Under the pieces are notes generated by a model. It saw only the letters and a program-made list of their open reading frames with translations. It had not been told where the DNA came from and made no database searches. A stretch of DNA of 55,232 nucleotides, filler included, from Jimgerdemannia flammicorona (lineage: Eukaryota): assembly GCA_003990765.1 (NCBI GenBank). It is 2 parts of 2 records of this genome, joined end to end, with 100 filler letters (N's around TTAATTAATTAA, not from the genome) between each part and the next. Parts side by side here need not be neighbours in the genome. Positions count along the whole stretch, not along the records: positions 1 to 27,577 come from RBNJ01000620.1; 1 more part is not named here. One strand, given 5' to 3'. A program made the translations under genes and the position numbers. Shown here in pieces: positions 12,173 to 24,858 of this stretch (the first letter of the stretch is position 1; every line of letters starts with the position of its first letter).

Positions 12173-13346
12173 TAATAATAGCTTGACTTAGACTGTAATA
12201 ATTTTATAGTTATATTTTAGTCTTAGTACTTTTTTGCATTCTTTTGCTAGTCTTTTTTTGTCTTTTCTTATATATTTTACTATATTTCAATATTTTTTAA
12301 ATGCCTAGAAATCTTCTCTTGATACTAAGACTTCACTAGAATATTCTTATCTTTTCTTAGTACTAAGTCTCATGTCTTGGCTAATTATAAAATCTTTGAA
12401 ATAATATAGAATATTATTAGTCATCTTTGCCAAGAACTTATTTCTTGACTTTTCTCTTTTCTGAGATTCTTTTAGATCTTCTTTTAGATTTTATATAAAT
12501 ATTCTTATTCTCTGCTTAAATAAAGCTCAGAATATTTTCTCTCAGAATTCCTTTGAGAATACTTGAACCTATAAGTATCTCTTTGAGCTACTTTAGACCC
12601 ACCAGAATTACTAGTCTTAGCTACTTCCTCTTAAAGAAACTAAAACCATTATATTTGATAGCAGTGGAGTCATTATATCTTGCCTTATTAAGAAATCTTA
12701 TATGAATTTAAAACCAGCCGCAACTAGTTATATAAGTCCAAAATGAGCCATATTAGAGAACTTGTCTACTCTACTATAGAAAAAGTAGAGAGTACCAAAC
12801 TACAAGTTAATTTAGAGGATATAATTATCACTATAGCCTATCAAATCTGATAACTTTAAGTATAACTAGAATATCAGAAGACCAAGACTGCAACTGCATT
12901 ATATCCTACTACTATACTAGTTAGTTTCAAGTTACTTAAGCCAGACATCTTTAATAGTCATTAAGGAGAACTGACTACAGATGCATAGACCTTCTAATTG
13001 GACCAATACTTTGAATTTACAAGAATGAAAGAAGATATGTAAGTCTAATTTGCCATCATACTTCTCTGAGAAAATACAACTATCTGATAGTATAATTATA
13101 TCATAACCACTACTTCCTATTTAAATATAAAAATCCAGATTAAAAATCTTTCAAGGAGACCCTCCACCAGCAGTTCAAGTCTATTAATATTATCAAGCTA
13201 GCCTGAGATAAGCTAGTAAATATCAAGTAACTCAAGTTTATACAAAGTTATAATATATAATTTCTGTTAATTTTACTTAAGCTACTAATAATAGCTAAAA
13301 ATAAAAAGATAGACAACTATATCTAAGGCTTGAAAGGAAATATATA

Positions 13347-14539
13347 TATATATATATATATATATTTTTAACAGACTCAATGTCCTGCAGATTTTTATTG
13401 GAAGAGAACTTAGACTATATAGGCCAAAACCCTCCCCCACCACCCACCAAGTACTACCCCCCCATCAACCTAGACTAGCTATTGTCCAGTAGCTTAACCA
13501 TGCCAGGTACAGTAGGGCCAATGTGGCCCATACCTCATTCTGTGCATCATGCTCTTCCTACCACCAGGGGAAATCCAACTATATACTAATGACCGAAAGC
13601 AGATACCCGAGAACCCAATATATATATAAGGCCACACCCAAGCTAAATAGAATAACCTCTGCCATCCCAAAGAGAATGACAGGCAAAGAAAAACCCTCAT
13701 CAAAGCACAACACAGTGGGTAGGGCCTGGTTCTCCCAGTTGAGATGAGTAGAGGACTTACACATGAGGCAGGAGGAGACCCCCAATACCCCACTACTCAA
13801 GCCTGTGGGCCTTGATCACATTGCCATGTCAGCTCCCGGTTTCAGTTGAGTGTAGTCAAGATATCTGAAATAGGTAGCCTTGGGCCCCCCAACCCCCTCT
13901 GATGACCAGAGCCTAACCCACCAATCTGCCAAAAGAAGCCAAGAGTGTCACCTACCATCTAACTATGCCACACTAATCAAAAGGCCCCACCAAAGCAGCA
14001 CCTGCCCCAGCCCTGATAACTGCCCCCAGCCTGGCACCCTACTAGTTTACTATTATTACCCTTCCTCCTATCTGTGATGGCTATCTCCCCTCCCATCCCA
14101 ACATCACTCAAAAAACAGTTACCTATACCAGAACTGTGCTTACTGGGAAGCTCACTAAAGCCAGAGGGCCCCACCATAGGCACCAAGGATCTGCAAGTAA
14201 CCTACACTGAGCACTTGACACCCAAGATCAGCTGACTCCCTATGTAGCCCAAGATATACTGAGACACCACCTTGTTGGTGACAGCAAAAGGAAGAAGGTG
14301 CCGCACCAAAACAGATGCACTCCAGACATAGCTGAAGGCACCAGAAACTGTGAAAAAGTGGAGAAGACACCGATCTGATACTGAGAAAGGGGCAACTCAT
14401 CACCATTGCCCTCCTCCCACCATACCCATGTAGACATAGTAAACCAACCTGAGATAGAGGGGGTAATAATAGGGGAAAGAGGACTCAAAAGGTTGCCTAC
14501 CAAACCTTGTGACCAGTAAGATAGTAGAGAAAGGAGTCA
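13347..14539 (-). mobile_element. 5'-truncated LINE 3' fragment inserted into gag of element 2
   Basis: Flanked by a 14-bp direct repeat AAAGGAAATATATA (13333-13346 and 14540-14553); (TA)n tail with AATAAA on the minus strand; G-rich minus strand like the 49.5 kb LINE; possible RNase H remnants (ITD.., VIKAH). Confidence 0.75.
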
Positions 14540-14921
14540 AAAGGAAATATATAAGATAAGATCAAGCTAAAAGAGTCACAGATCCTCAATAAAACTATGA
14601 GAATTACTGATAAATTTGATGTTATTATCTTTAATAACTGCTTTGAACCAGAATACTGTAAGAAAAACTACTTCAAGAACTATTACAAGAACTAATCCAA
14701 AGTAGTTGGCCTAGTACTAATAGATTTAGATACTATGAACAAGAAAAATAACAAGCTTATCTTAGAAGAAAAAGACTATCTGAAGAAATCTGGAGCTTAT
14801 TTCTTCTATTACCAAATAAGATATATTATAACTAAATATTCTAAGAAGACCAGTAAACTCTCAAGACTAGTCATTGTATTATCTAAAGATATATCTGTTA
14901 ACTCTACCACTAGTTAATCTA

Positions 14922-15275
14922 AACTCAAGATCAAAAAGCTTTATTCAAGATCTAGATCTCTTAATATCAATTAGAAGAAATCATTGGCCTTGATTTATAT
15001 TCTATCAAATAAGTCACTATTTCAGCCAAAGGCCAAACTCTGGTACCTACTAGAATTATAGATATTATTTAGATATTGGTACTAGTATCATTAATTCAGA
15101 TTATTGAGGATAAGTTCAAGTCTTACTTATCAATTAAAAGAATCAAGACTATATAGTTAAAGAAGGAGACCAAGTTATACAAAGATCCTAGAAAAAGTCA
15201 GTTAATCTAAGATTATGGAAGTCTAAGAACTATTTGAAACCAAGTGAGATCAAAAAGATTTTAGTAGTACTGATC
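14922..15275 (+). pseudogene. dUTPase domain of element 2 (between gag and protease)
   Basis: Eroded motifs IGLDLYS, LVPTRI, SIINSDY*G*VQV, EGDQVIQ and ETK*DQKDFSST correspond to AGLDL, VPTGI, GVIDSDYRG, GDRVAQ and RG..GFGST; motif 2 region is not recognisable. Confidence 0.75.
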
Positions 15276-17844
15276 AAGCAGCAAGTCTTACTAAAAATTG
15301 AGCTTATTTTCAAAAGTCTAATTAAAGAAAAATAAGTTTAAGTACTTATAGACAGTAGAGCTATAGAGAACTTCATCAACTAAAACCTTATCAAAAACCT
15401 CAAGATCCTCATTAAGCCTATACCTAAGAATAATAGTATAGTTACTATAGATATTATACTACATCCTATTGAGTCAATTGCTACCAAATTATCCATCAAG
15501 ATTCAGAAATATTAGGAATAAGTAGACTTTGAGATCATACTACTAAGAGATTATGATTTGATCTTAGAAAAACCCTAGCTCATAAAATATAATCTGAATA
15601 TTAATTAGTATAAGAATGAAGTTACTTTACTTCAAAAAGAAGTCAATATCACTATTAAGATAGATAAGTCTATAAATAAGACCCCAGTTGCAATACTATC
15701 AGTAATATAGTATAAAAAAGTACTCAAGAAGATAGTATATATCTTTATTGTAATAGTTTATTCCAAGAAATAAGACAAGTTGTCAATTAATGAAAGTGTC
15801 AAGTTATTGCTTGAAGAATTCAAAGATATTTTCCCAGACAAGCTATCTAGTTTACCATCTATATGAGAAGTTGATCATAAAATTAAACTAACCCTAGGAG
15901 CTATACTATCTAAGAAATATATATACCATATATATATTACCAAGTAGTCAAGAAAGAACTAGAAGAACTACTTATATGAGAAGCTATTCAATCAAGCAAA
16001 TCTCTCTATAGCTCACCAGTTCTATTTGTCCAAAAATAAGTATAGTACTCTATAAATATATATAGACTACTATGTACTCAACAAGCTTATAGTCAAGAAC
16101 TGATATTTATTACTTTTAATTGATCAAATTTTTGATGCTCTCAAGAATGCCAAGTACTTCACTAAGTTGGACCTTATGTCAGGATATCATTAAATACAAA
16201 TTAAGTCAGAAGATATTTTTAAGACTATATTCATAACTCCCTTTAGACTCTATGAATTTCTAGTTCTAACATTTGATCTTATCAATGCACCCACTATATT
16301 CTAGACCCTCATGAACAAGATATTTAAGAACTAACTATTCATCTTCTTGTTGATATATCTTGATAACATTCTGATCTTTAGTACAACTAAAGAAGAATAT
16401 CTTAAGTATATCTAAATAGTTCTAGAGATCTTGTAAAAATACAAGCTTAATTCAAAGCTCAAAAAGTATAAATTCTTTAAAGAATAAGTTGAATATCTTA
16501 GCCATATTGTCTCTATATAAGAGATTTAAGTAGATCTATATAAGATAGAGATAATTCAAGAATGGCCTATTCTATCAAACCTTACCAGAACTCTGATTCT
16601 TTCTTGATCTAGCTGGCTATTACTATTACTTTATCAGAAACTTCTCTAGTATTACTGAGCCACTAATTAATCTTATGAGAAAGATACTTAACTCTGATTA
16701 TTATATACTTTATACCTGAGACCTCTTTTGTCAACAAGCCTTCTAGAAACTCAAGAACTACCTGACCTATACTCTAGTCTTATATAATACAGATCTAAGT
16801 TTGAAATTCACTATTACTACTGATATATCAAATTTTGTCATTGGAGCAGTTCTGTTATAAGATAATAGCAAAGGACATTGCTCTATTATCTTTGAGTCTT
16901 ATAAGTTAGCTCTAGCTAAGCAAAAGCTAGCCACTCATGAGAAGGAGCTACTGGCAATAATATATACTCTAGACTACTGGTAATACTATCTAGAAAATAT
17001 TGAGTTTGATATCATCACTGATCATTAAGTACTTAAGTATATTAATACCTAATCTACTCTATTATATCTATAAGTTAAGTAGAGTCTTAAGCTTCAAAAC
17101 TTCAATTCAATAATCATCTATAAGCCTAGTAAAATATTTATAATACTAGATACCTTATCTAGATATCCAGACCTTGCTATAATTATGTAAGTTATCTTGA
17201 CATCTAAATTTCTAGACCAAATCAGGCAAGCTTATCAAGACTACTAGAGTTTTCTTGAATAAGCTCAAGAATATATATACCATCAAGAACAATTTGATCT
17301 ACTATTCAGATAAAGTTTATCTACTTAACAATATAAATCTCCACTATAAGATACTATTAAAACACTATAATTTCCTTCTTATCAGTTATCTTAGAATTGA
17401 GAAAACAGTTAAGAACATTTAGTATCACTACTATTGGCTAAGTATAGTCAAGGAAATCAAGAATTATATTGCTAGCTATATATGATCTCTACTAGTACAA
17501 TAAGTCTACTAATTAAGTACTAGCTAGTTTGCTACAACTACTGCTAATTCTGATTAAGAAATTTGAATAAGTTATAATAAACTTTATAACTTAACTACTA
17601 TGAATCCAATCTGATACTAATGCTATCATCATATTTATTGACTATTTGACTAAGACTATGGTTGTTAAACTAATCACTACCAATATTACTATATTCAAGA
17701 TTACAAGAATCTTCTTTAAGTTTATCTTCTGTCACTATAGCCTACTATGAGTAATTTTCAGTAATTATGACCCCAAGTTCACTAGTCACTTTTAGCAAAC
17801 TCTCTTCAAGACTCTAGAAATCTAATTGGCTATATCTACTACCT

Positions 17845-17849
<5 letters not shown>

Positions 17850-17882
<33 letters not shown>
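17850..17882. repeat. poly-T tract at the TE/host-gene boundary
   Basis: A run of about 33 T; integrase homology stops here and CpG-rich sequence begins. Confidence 0.9.
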
Positions 17883-17883
<1 letters not shown>

Positions 17884-18131
17884 GAATCCAGAACCACGTT
17901 CGTATATCACGCTAGAAAGGTTAAATTGTTGAGTATAGGGGTTTTTATTTTATATTTTATATTTTATTTTATTTTTTTGCTGGCATCAGATTGATTGCGC
18001 GAGTGATGGGTGGGCAAATTGTGGATTATGCGAGGGTCGTCACACTGCAGCGCTGTCGACCGAATAAAATCCAACTCCTTGATAAAAGCGCGGTCGTCGC
18101 CATCTGTCTACCAGAAACCACCTTCATTACC

Positions 18132-19997
18132 ATGTCTACAGAAAAACCCTCAACCTCTAGCAAAAAGTCACCAACTTCAACCAATCCCTCTACTACGAAA
18201 CAGAGTGGAAACACCAGTACCATGACTTCTACGTCGACGAGTTCATTTTCCACCACGAGCTCTCGTCCTGTAATCACTACAACTCTATCATTCTCTGGCA
18301 CATCAACTCTATCATTCTCTGGCGCATCGATTCTATCATCCTCCAACACATCGCCATCATCCGTTGTCAGCAGTACATCAACATATTTGATAACGTCCTC
18401 TTTTACGACTTCACTTTTTCCCTTCGTCACCGACAGCTTATCATATAAGATGAGCTTTTTGTCATCACATTGGCCAACAAGCAAAGAGACTTCGTCAAGC
18501 GCGCACATCTCCCCTACAGTTTTGAGCCTGACGCCATCGTCCACATCGCAGTCTGGTTACCCTCCGAATCTCAAACTGATTCTGGGCACCACCATTGTGC
18601 CGATAATCGTGTTGGCTATAACCCTTTTGATCTGCCGAGCATACCTTGCTGCGCGTCAACGCCATTTGAGAGAGGAGCAAACGAACCTTGATCTCGATTT
18701 CATGCAAAACGGACAGGATCACAATATTGGCGCTCCTCATAGCTCCTCCCTCAAATCGAATGCCGGCTTGATGGCGGGAAACACCTACCGGAAATCCGGG
18801 TACGCCTCTTGGCTTCGCGGCTCCACGAAGCAAGGAGAAGACGAATGGATGCATATTGGAGCGGTCCATCCAACCCATTCCAATGCCTACAGCCAGAGCG
18901 AGATGGCAACTCACAGGTCACCATCGAGCAAAGCACCATCGTCGATCACTTCACTGAAATCGGAGCCGATCAGGCATATGCATGAGGTATACGATACTTC
19001 CTCCACCGGCAGCTTCTGGTCCGGCTCTACGACGCTCGTTTCTCGGGAGGAAATTTTGCGTGATTTGCAGAAGAGACATGGAGTAGATCCGATGGATATT
19101 GTTGACAATAACGAGCAAGATAAATCTCCAATCGCATTGGCAAGCACGTTGACGGCCCACGAGCAGCCCTCAGAGGACGATACGCTGAAGTATACAAAAT
19201 TTGCGCAAGTAAAGGCACTATTACCATGGGTATCACGGCCGAAAGAACAAGTGAACTGGACGGGCAGCGAGGGCCAGACAAAACTAATCGTTACACGTTC
19301 GCGAAAAAGTATGGAGGAGTTGGGAAGACTCGGGTACGAAGCTCTGGATTTAGAACTGGGTGCTCAAGAGGCACGCCTGATTAAGGTAGGAAAGGATTGA
19401 TATTCTTATGTTTTTTTTTTCTAAAACGAACTCCCAAAACCTTTTTTTCTTTTTTGCTGCATGCACAACAAGGATCTCGCCTCTCCCCTGAACGATCACA
19501 AAAAATCAAGGGACACACCTTTCTCATCATACCCGCGCATCCACACCCGTGATATACACTTCCCGGTCTCACATCAAACAACGCAGCGTCTCGCAGACGG
19601 TTCAGAGTTTACGGGTTCGCCGTCTTCCAAACTACCCGGACAGAAATACAACAGCGACATCCTGTCTTCGGAAAAACTTGCTGATGGAACATTTGGCACG
19701 CGCGAGTCGCCGACACATCTAGACTCACGCAAGGGCTTCACCCCATCACAACCGTCACCAACTGAGTCTTCTCGGAGTCAGATGAGTCGCGGCTTGTGGG
19801 GAAATGAAAATAATGAGCAGAATCTGGATGAAATCGAAATCTTTACCAATGATGAGGAACCCAATGACGACGAACCCTTGTCGAAACAGAATAACGAAAA
19901 CCGGTTCACGGCTTTGGATCAATATCGAAGGTACAAGCTTGCACAGACGCTGCGGTTGGAAAAGGAAAAGGAGAGAGAGAGGAAATCGGTTGCATGA
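18132..19997 (+). CDS. Ser/Thr-rich single-pass membrane protein (Mid2/cell-surface-sensor-like architecture), 2 exons (18132-19385, 19473-19997)
   Basis: Long S/T-rich tract, one TM helix (LILGTTIVPIIVLAITLLIC) followed by basic residues, and a disordered tail. A phase-0 GT..AG intron (19386-19472) joins ORF 17991-19400 to ORF 19461-19997. Start codon is uncertain. Confidence 0.75.
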
Positions 19998-21504
19998 GAG
20001 AACGTGGACTCGAGTGATTCCAAGTTGGGATTGTGAAAACTGGGCGTAAAGGAAATGTACTATGGAAACATGTCATTCATTGGTTCATTCAAATTGAGAG
20101 GGCGGGATGCTTCTGAGTAATGTTACTCAGGGCGTATAAAAAAAAAAAATAAAAAAAAAATACGTTACAGTCCATAGATATCTCATGTTATCCGGCAATA
20201 TACTTGTACGTATAGCTATTGATCTTTGTAGTCACAATAGTTGCACGTATTTCAAATATGATGAACACCCGAAAGTTGAATATTCTTTTTCAATCTTGGC
20301 ACCGTTTTTCTTTTACGTAAAAAGCAATTGAATGACAAACAATAGCTCTTTTATAGTATTAGCTCTTTTATAGTATTAGCTCTATTCTATCGATTGATAA
20401 ACCAGACGAGGTTGCCTCCAATGTGCTGGAGGTAGTCAACCTCTATCCAATTGCCGCCAATGCTATTTTTTTTTTTTTTTAGTAATCAAGGAGAGTAAAA
20501 GGAACCAATGTGCCGCCAAGTCGGCAATAAGCTACCCTATAATAGCCTCCCGCGTCGTGTGCTTGATTTCCTTTAACGCGATCGCGTTAACACAGGACCC
20601 TAAGATGGCTTGGCGGCGCGCGCAATCCCGAGGGGCCAACCGTTCGCTGTTGCAGCGGAGTTTATGATCAGTCAGCCAGACGAAATAAATTTTTACATGT
20701 CGAGTCTTCATTTAACCTTTTCTTGGCGCCCTTTTTCCAGCACTGCACACGTTAACTGTCGAAGACCATGGCTACGAAGCACAAAAAGCTCGTTTACTTT
20801 GCTGTATCTTTGGCATTGAGAAATATTTTTAAGAACTGCGTATCAAGGACGATTTTAGGTCGGGAGACATGAGATGAAAATTTTTAAAAAGGTACCAATC
20901 CAGATAGGCCATAAGGTACTTTTTAATAAACTTCACCTCATATAATTGAGGGTGGGTCTCGGGAATCGAATGCCAAGCGAGTTACTCCCAAGGTACAAGG
21001 CGGGGTGTACATATATACCGGCTGGCGACCGACGCGTATTATTAATACGATGCACAAGCCTCCTAAAAAAATTTCACACGCTCAGCGAAAGTTGTCGGAA
21101 TCAAAAAAAGGGGGGGGACTGGGGGGGCCGGGGGTAGCGAAGGACCGTGTGCACTATGGTCTGTGCGCTATGGACTGCGAGAAGCGATTACTTCTGGTAT
21201 TTGGACTCTTATCACAGTTTTCGGGCACTTGGAGCTGTTCGCTTGTACACCGAGACACGAATGTGACAGAGTTGACAGAGTTGGTTAGTGTAAAATATTC
21301 GCTCCCTCGGATTTAGAGCGAGAGGTGGCTCAGACCAAGCGCAGCCAATCCAGGGTTCGCTCCGAAATGCCCAAAACGGCTGTGCACCCACGCGTAGTCA
21401 GGAAATTCATTGGTCAGTGTGGTCCATCACGTGTGGCTCGATGAGCCATTATAAAGCCGCACTGTCCAGTCCCGACTTCAAAAACAACACCAAAACCCTC
21501 GCCC

Positions 21505-23174
21505 ATGATAACCATGCCGACTCCGCAAGCAAAAACTTTCATTTCCATATTTCTCATCATAGCTGCGCTTACAAATGGTAGGGCCCACGTTCGTCGTTGA
21601 TTCGAAACTCTTCCTGTTCGTGGCCAATTCAATAGTTCTTACGTTCGTCTTTGATCCGAATACAGTTGCATGGGCGGTGACCGGAGACAAGTGGTGCAAC
21701 AACTACATGTGTGTGATTGTCGCTGTTGAGGACGATGGAACAGCCAATATACAAGTTCAGGGATCATCAAGTGTTGGGTGTGTAATCGGAATATCTCTTG
21801 CTCCAAGTTCTGGTATTTACGCTCGCACAGTGTTTTAACATTGATTTTCCACACGCGCTCATGACAGGTGGCTGGGATTTGGGGTGGGGACTACAATGCT
21901 GACAGGAGGTAACGTATTGCGGTGATGGTTATGCATGAATCTGTTTCGAACCCATTGCAGACGTTCTAATATGCCACTACTACCTCTTTCACATCATTTA
22001 GACTTGACCGTAATGTGGGCAAACTCTGATAACACGTACACTTTGTCGCGTCGCAAGGCGTCAAGTTACGTTATGCCGCAACCTATCTCCAACCAAACAG
22101 CACTAAAACTGGATAGCACCGCTACCGGTCTGATAAGCGGCAAGCTGCAGATAGCGTTTACACGGCCACAGGTTCTCTCCGAATCTAGTGTCAACAGCGA
22201 AGCAACATCATTTTTGTGGGCCTTTTCATCAACAAAACCCTCTGGCACGAGTTACGACGCGACAATCCAGCAGCATGATACCTCCGGGTCGTTCAAGTTG
22301 GATCTAACCAAATCGACGACGGGAACAAACTCTACAAATACAACCCAATCCTTCGATTCTTCAAAGGTTGGATTATCAGACTATGACAAGATGGTGTACT
22401 CTCACGGTAAGCTGCCGTACGCTTAGAATAATTTCGAATATGACTCGGTTTTGTGCAATAATCTAAGCGTTTCGGTCTTCGGCAAACCACAGCCGTCGTC
22501 ATGTTCGTGGCTTGGTGTATTCTGACGCCTCTGGCGTAAGTATACTTTTTCTTGGCAAGATGTAGTCCTATTTTGAATATGCCAAGACTAACGTAATCGA
22601 CATTCCGCACTTGTACATTTTTAGCATATTCATCGCTCGTTTTGGCCGTAACCTGAGTCGTTGGGTCCGCATCCACTACAGCATCCAAGTTTTCGGCACG
22701 GGAACTTTGGTGGTTGCAGGGTTTACGCTTGGATATATACAAAGCAGAGGGTCCCATCTCAAGACGAACCATCAGGTACTATTTTGCGATACCATGTCTT
22801 GGCGAATTTAGTTGCATCATCGGCGACCAAGCAATTTACTTACCAGCGTTCGTGTAACAACTCATTAGATCGTCGGAGTGGCCATTTTCATCGCCACGTT
22901 CCTCCAGATTTTCTTGGGTTATATCATCCATCACTTGTTCAATCCCAACCGCACCCACCGTCCGGTCCGCAACTGGGTACATCGGTTCTTTGGTCCTCTT
23001 ATCCTCATCCTTGCTTTCGTTCAAATTCCCCTCGGGTTCGGCGACTATAATTGCGATATGGCGGTATACATTTTTTATTATGCTTGGCTGGGCTTATTGG
23101 GCCTCATTTTTATCGTCCTGACGATCCGACAATTTTGGATTGAGAGGAATTCCACAAAATCCGAAATGTTCTAA
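21505..23174 (+). CDS. DOMON domain plus cytochrome b561 (CYBDOM) membrane electron-transfer protein, about 7 exons
   Basis: Signal peptide (TFISIFLIIAALT); spliced DOMON motifs GWLGFGVGTTML and DLTVMWAN..LSRR with heme ligands Met and His (IQQHD); b561 His motifs YSH, WVRIHY, NHQ and WVHRFFG; canonical GT-AG introns. Confidence 0.9.
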
Positions 23175-23699
23175 TAACGTCACCTTGTATCGGTATAATC
23201 GGATAAACTCGTTGTTTACTATTCGACTCTTCTTTGTTTGCTTATACTTATGAAAGAATGTTAGTCACATCTATCCCCCCAATGGTCACGTTAGTTTGAA
23301 TTTTATTTCGACTGTCAACGCAATAAACATCCCTTAACTCTGCATTTGGAATCAACTCATTTAAGGAACTTATTTACCTTTCATATCGATCCCGCCGGAT
23401 ACATGTGGCCAGATCGGATGGCTCAAATTCTCGGTGTAGGCTTCAGTACATCAAATCGCATTACTTGACCACTGCGCAGTCCATTTCGCTATTGGAGATA
23501 CCCCTAAGCGATATCAAAAGGGGTTGATTAGTACACAAGTTTGTTAAAAACATAATTTACTATGAACTCATCGAGATGATTTTCGCTAGTTGGCTCGGCA
23601 CCTAATAACTCGCCATTAGCGGAACCTAAATATTTATTTGCAAATACGTTTCACGCACCCAATCACCACACCCGTACCTGACATGAGAGGATATTAAAA

Positions 23700-24858
23700 A
23701 GCGCCTCACGCGTCCTGGAATGTCATAACGCCGTATCCAGCTCGCGTTCGAATTTTGACGGCACTGCTGTAAGAGCAAAAATATCCTCAAATAATTTCAG
23801 CGCTCAAGTCCCATCCCACCACATTACTTCCACACAATGTCAAATAATACTGACCGATTGGATTGGCACAATCGATATGCTCCTCGGCGTTTATCACATT
23901 GACATCGACGCAAGAAAAAATAAATAAATAAATAAAATGTTCTTCAACCTGAAATGGATAAACCTGAGCTGGTTCACCAAAGGTAGCACACTCCAGTCGC
24001 AAACAAAAATTTCGCATCACGAGAAAATGTTAGGTTGTAAGAGAAACAAATTGCCAGGAAACAGAAAGCTGCTGTTATTTAAATATTTCTAAGGTATGGA
24101 ATCCGAACATATTATAATTACATATTTCCGGCCGAAAAATGACGGCGTGGTGCGGGGAAAAAAAAACAAAAACAAAAAAAAAAAAACAAAAAAAAAAAAA
24201 AAAATCTCGACATATTCAAAAAAGTCTTCCAAGTAGACCGAATACGAAGGTAAAGAAATACATGAAATGTACATAGGCCGCGTAAATTCAACATACGTGC
24301 CAGCGCATTGGTGGTTTCAGGTGGACCAGCCATACGAGTAGCAATTAAAAGGGAGGAAAATGCAAGTAATATAAATACATAAATCAGGACGATATGGTTT
24401 TGAATATTGCCCAAATTTTGGCAGGTGATTGATCCAGCACCGATGTCTAGGGGTATAAAGGAATGGAAGCTTTTTGAGTTGGGTATACATCTTTCGATCA
24501 GGATAAACCTGTTGTTAAAGATGTATTGCGGCTGTAGGAATCTACAAATGCCACTGAGAGGGATGGACACCAAAACGAGGGCAATCGTTCTGCAAGCGAA
24601 AAATTGGTCAATGGTCAGCAACGTACTTGATGAACTTGAACATAACTCTCGCGCATCACATTCGATAAAACCTACTTTGTGCTTGGGCATCCATTCGCTA
24701 CAGAGTTCGCATGTAGCGGGGCAAGTAGCCGGCTTGATGAGAGGGTTGAAGAAGAGGGATTCATTGCTGTCTTCATGCTCGGGCTTAAAAGCCGACGTCT
24801 CATTCTCGAAGGAATTGGCGACGACCAACTCGGGGTTGGCTAAAAGATTTTGTTGCAT
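23700..24858 (-). CDS. Possible multi-exon gene of unknown function
   Basis: ATG in a GCCATG context after a UTR-like tract; 246-codon open frame with CPATCELC and hydrophobic stretches; several plausible splice sites. No family recognised; the 3' end is a guess. Confidence 0.35.

Larger units (their letters stand above)
12194..17849 (+). mobile_element. Highly degenerate Ty3/Gypsy element 2: LTR-PBS-gag-dUTPase-PR-RT-RNaseH-IN, 3'-truncated
   Basis: LTR about 12194 (TGTAAT) to 12653 (ATTATA), then PBS-like TGATAGCAGTGG. Eroded motifs: gag LKPDIFN..LDQYF, CCHC remnant (GAYFFYYQIRYIITKY), protease VLIDSRA..NFIN (~15340), RT YLDNILIFS (~16355), RNase H TTDISNFVIGAVL, integrase DPKFTSHF (~17770). 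Confidence 0.85.

Noticed and set aside
18026..19281. Multiple overlapping ORFs antisense to host genes (also at 26.4-27.3 kb and 36.4-38.9 kb)
   Set aside because: Shadow ORFs of GC-balanced coding exons; the sense frame carries the recognisable protein.
20344..20383. 17-bp tandem duplication AGCTCTTTTATAGTATT (about 2.3 copies)
   Set aside because: Simple local duplication with no spacers; not a CRISPR array or an evident functional array.
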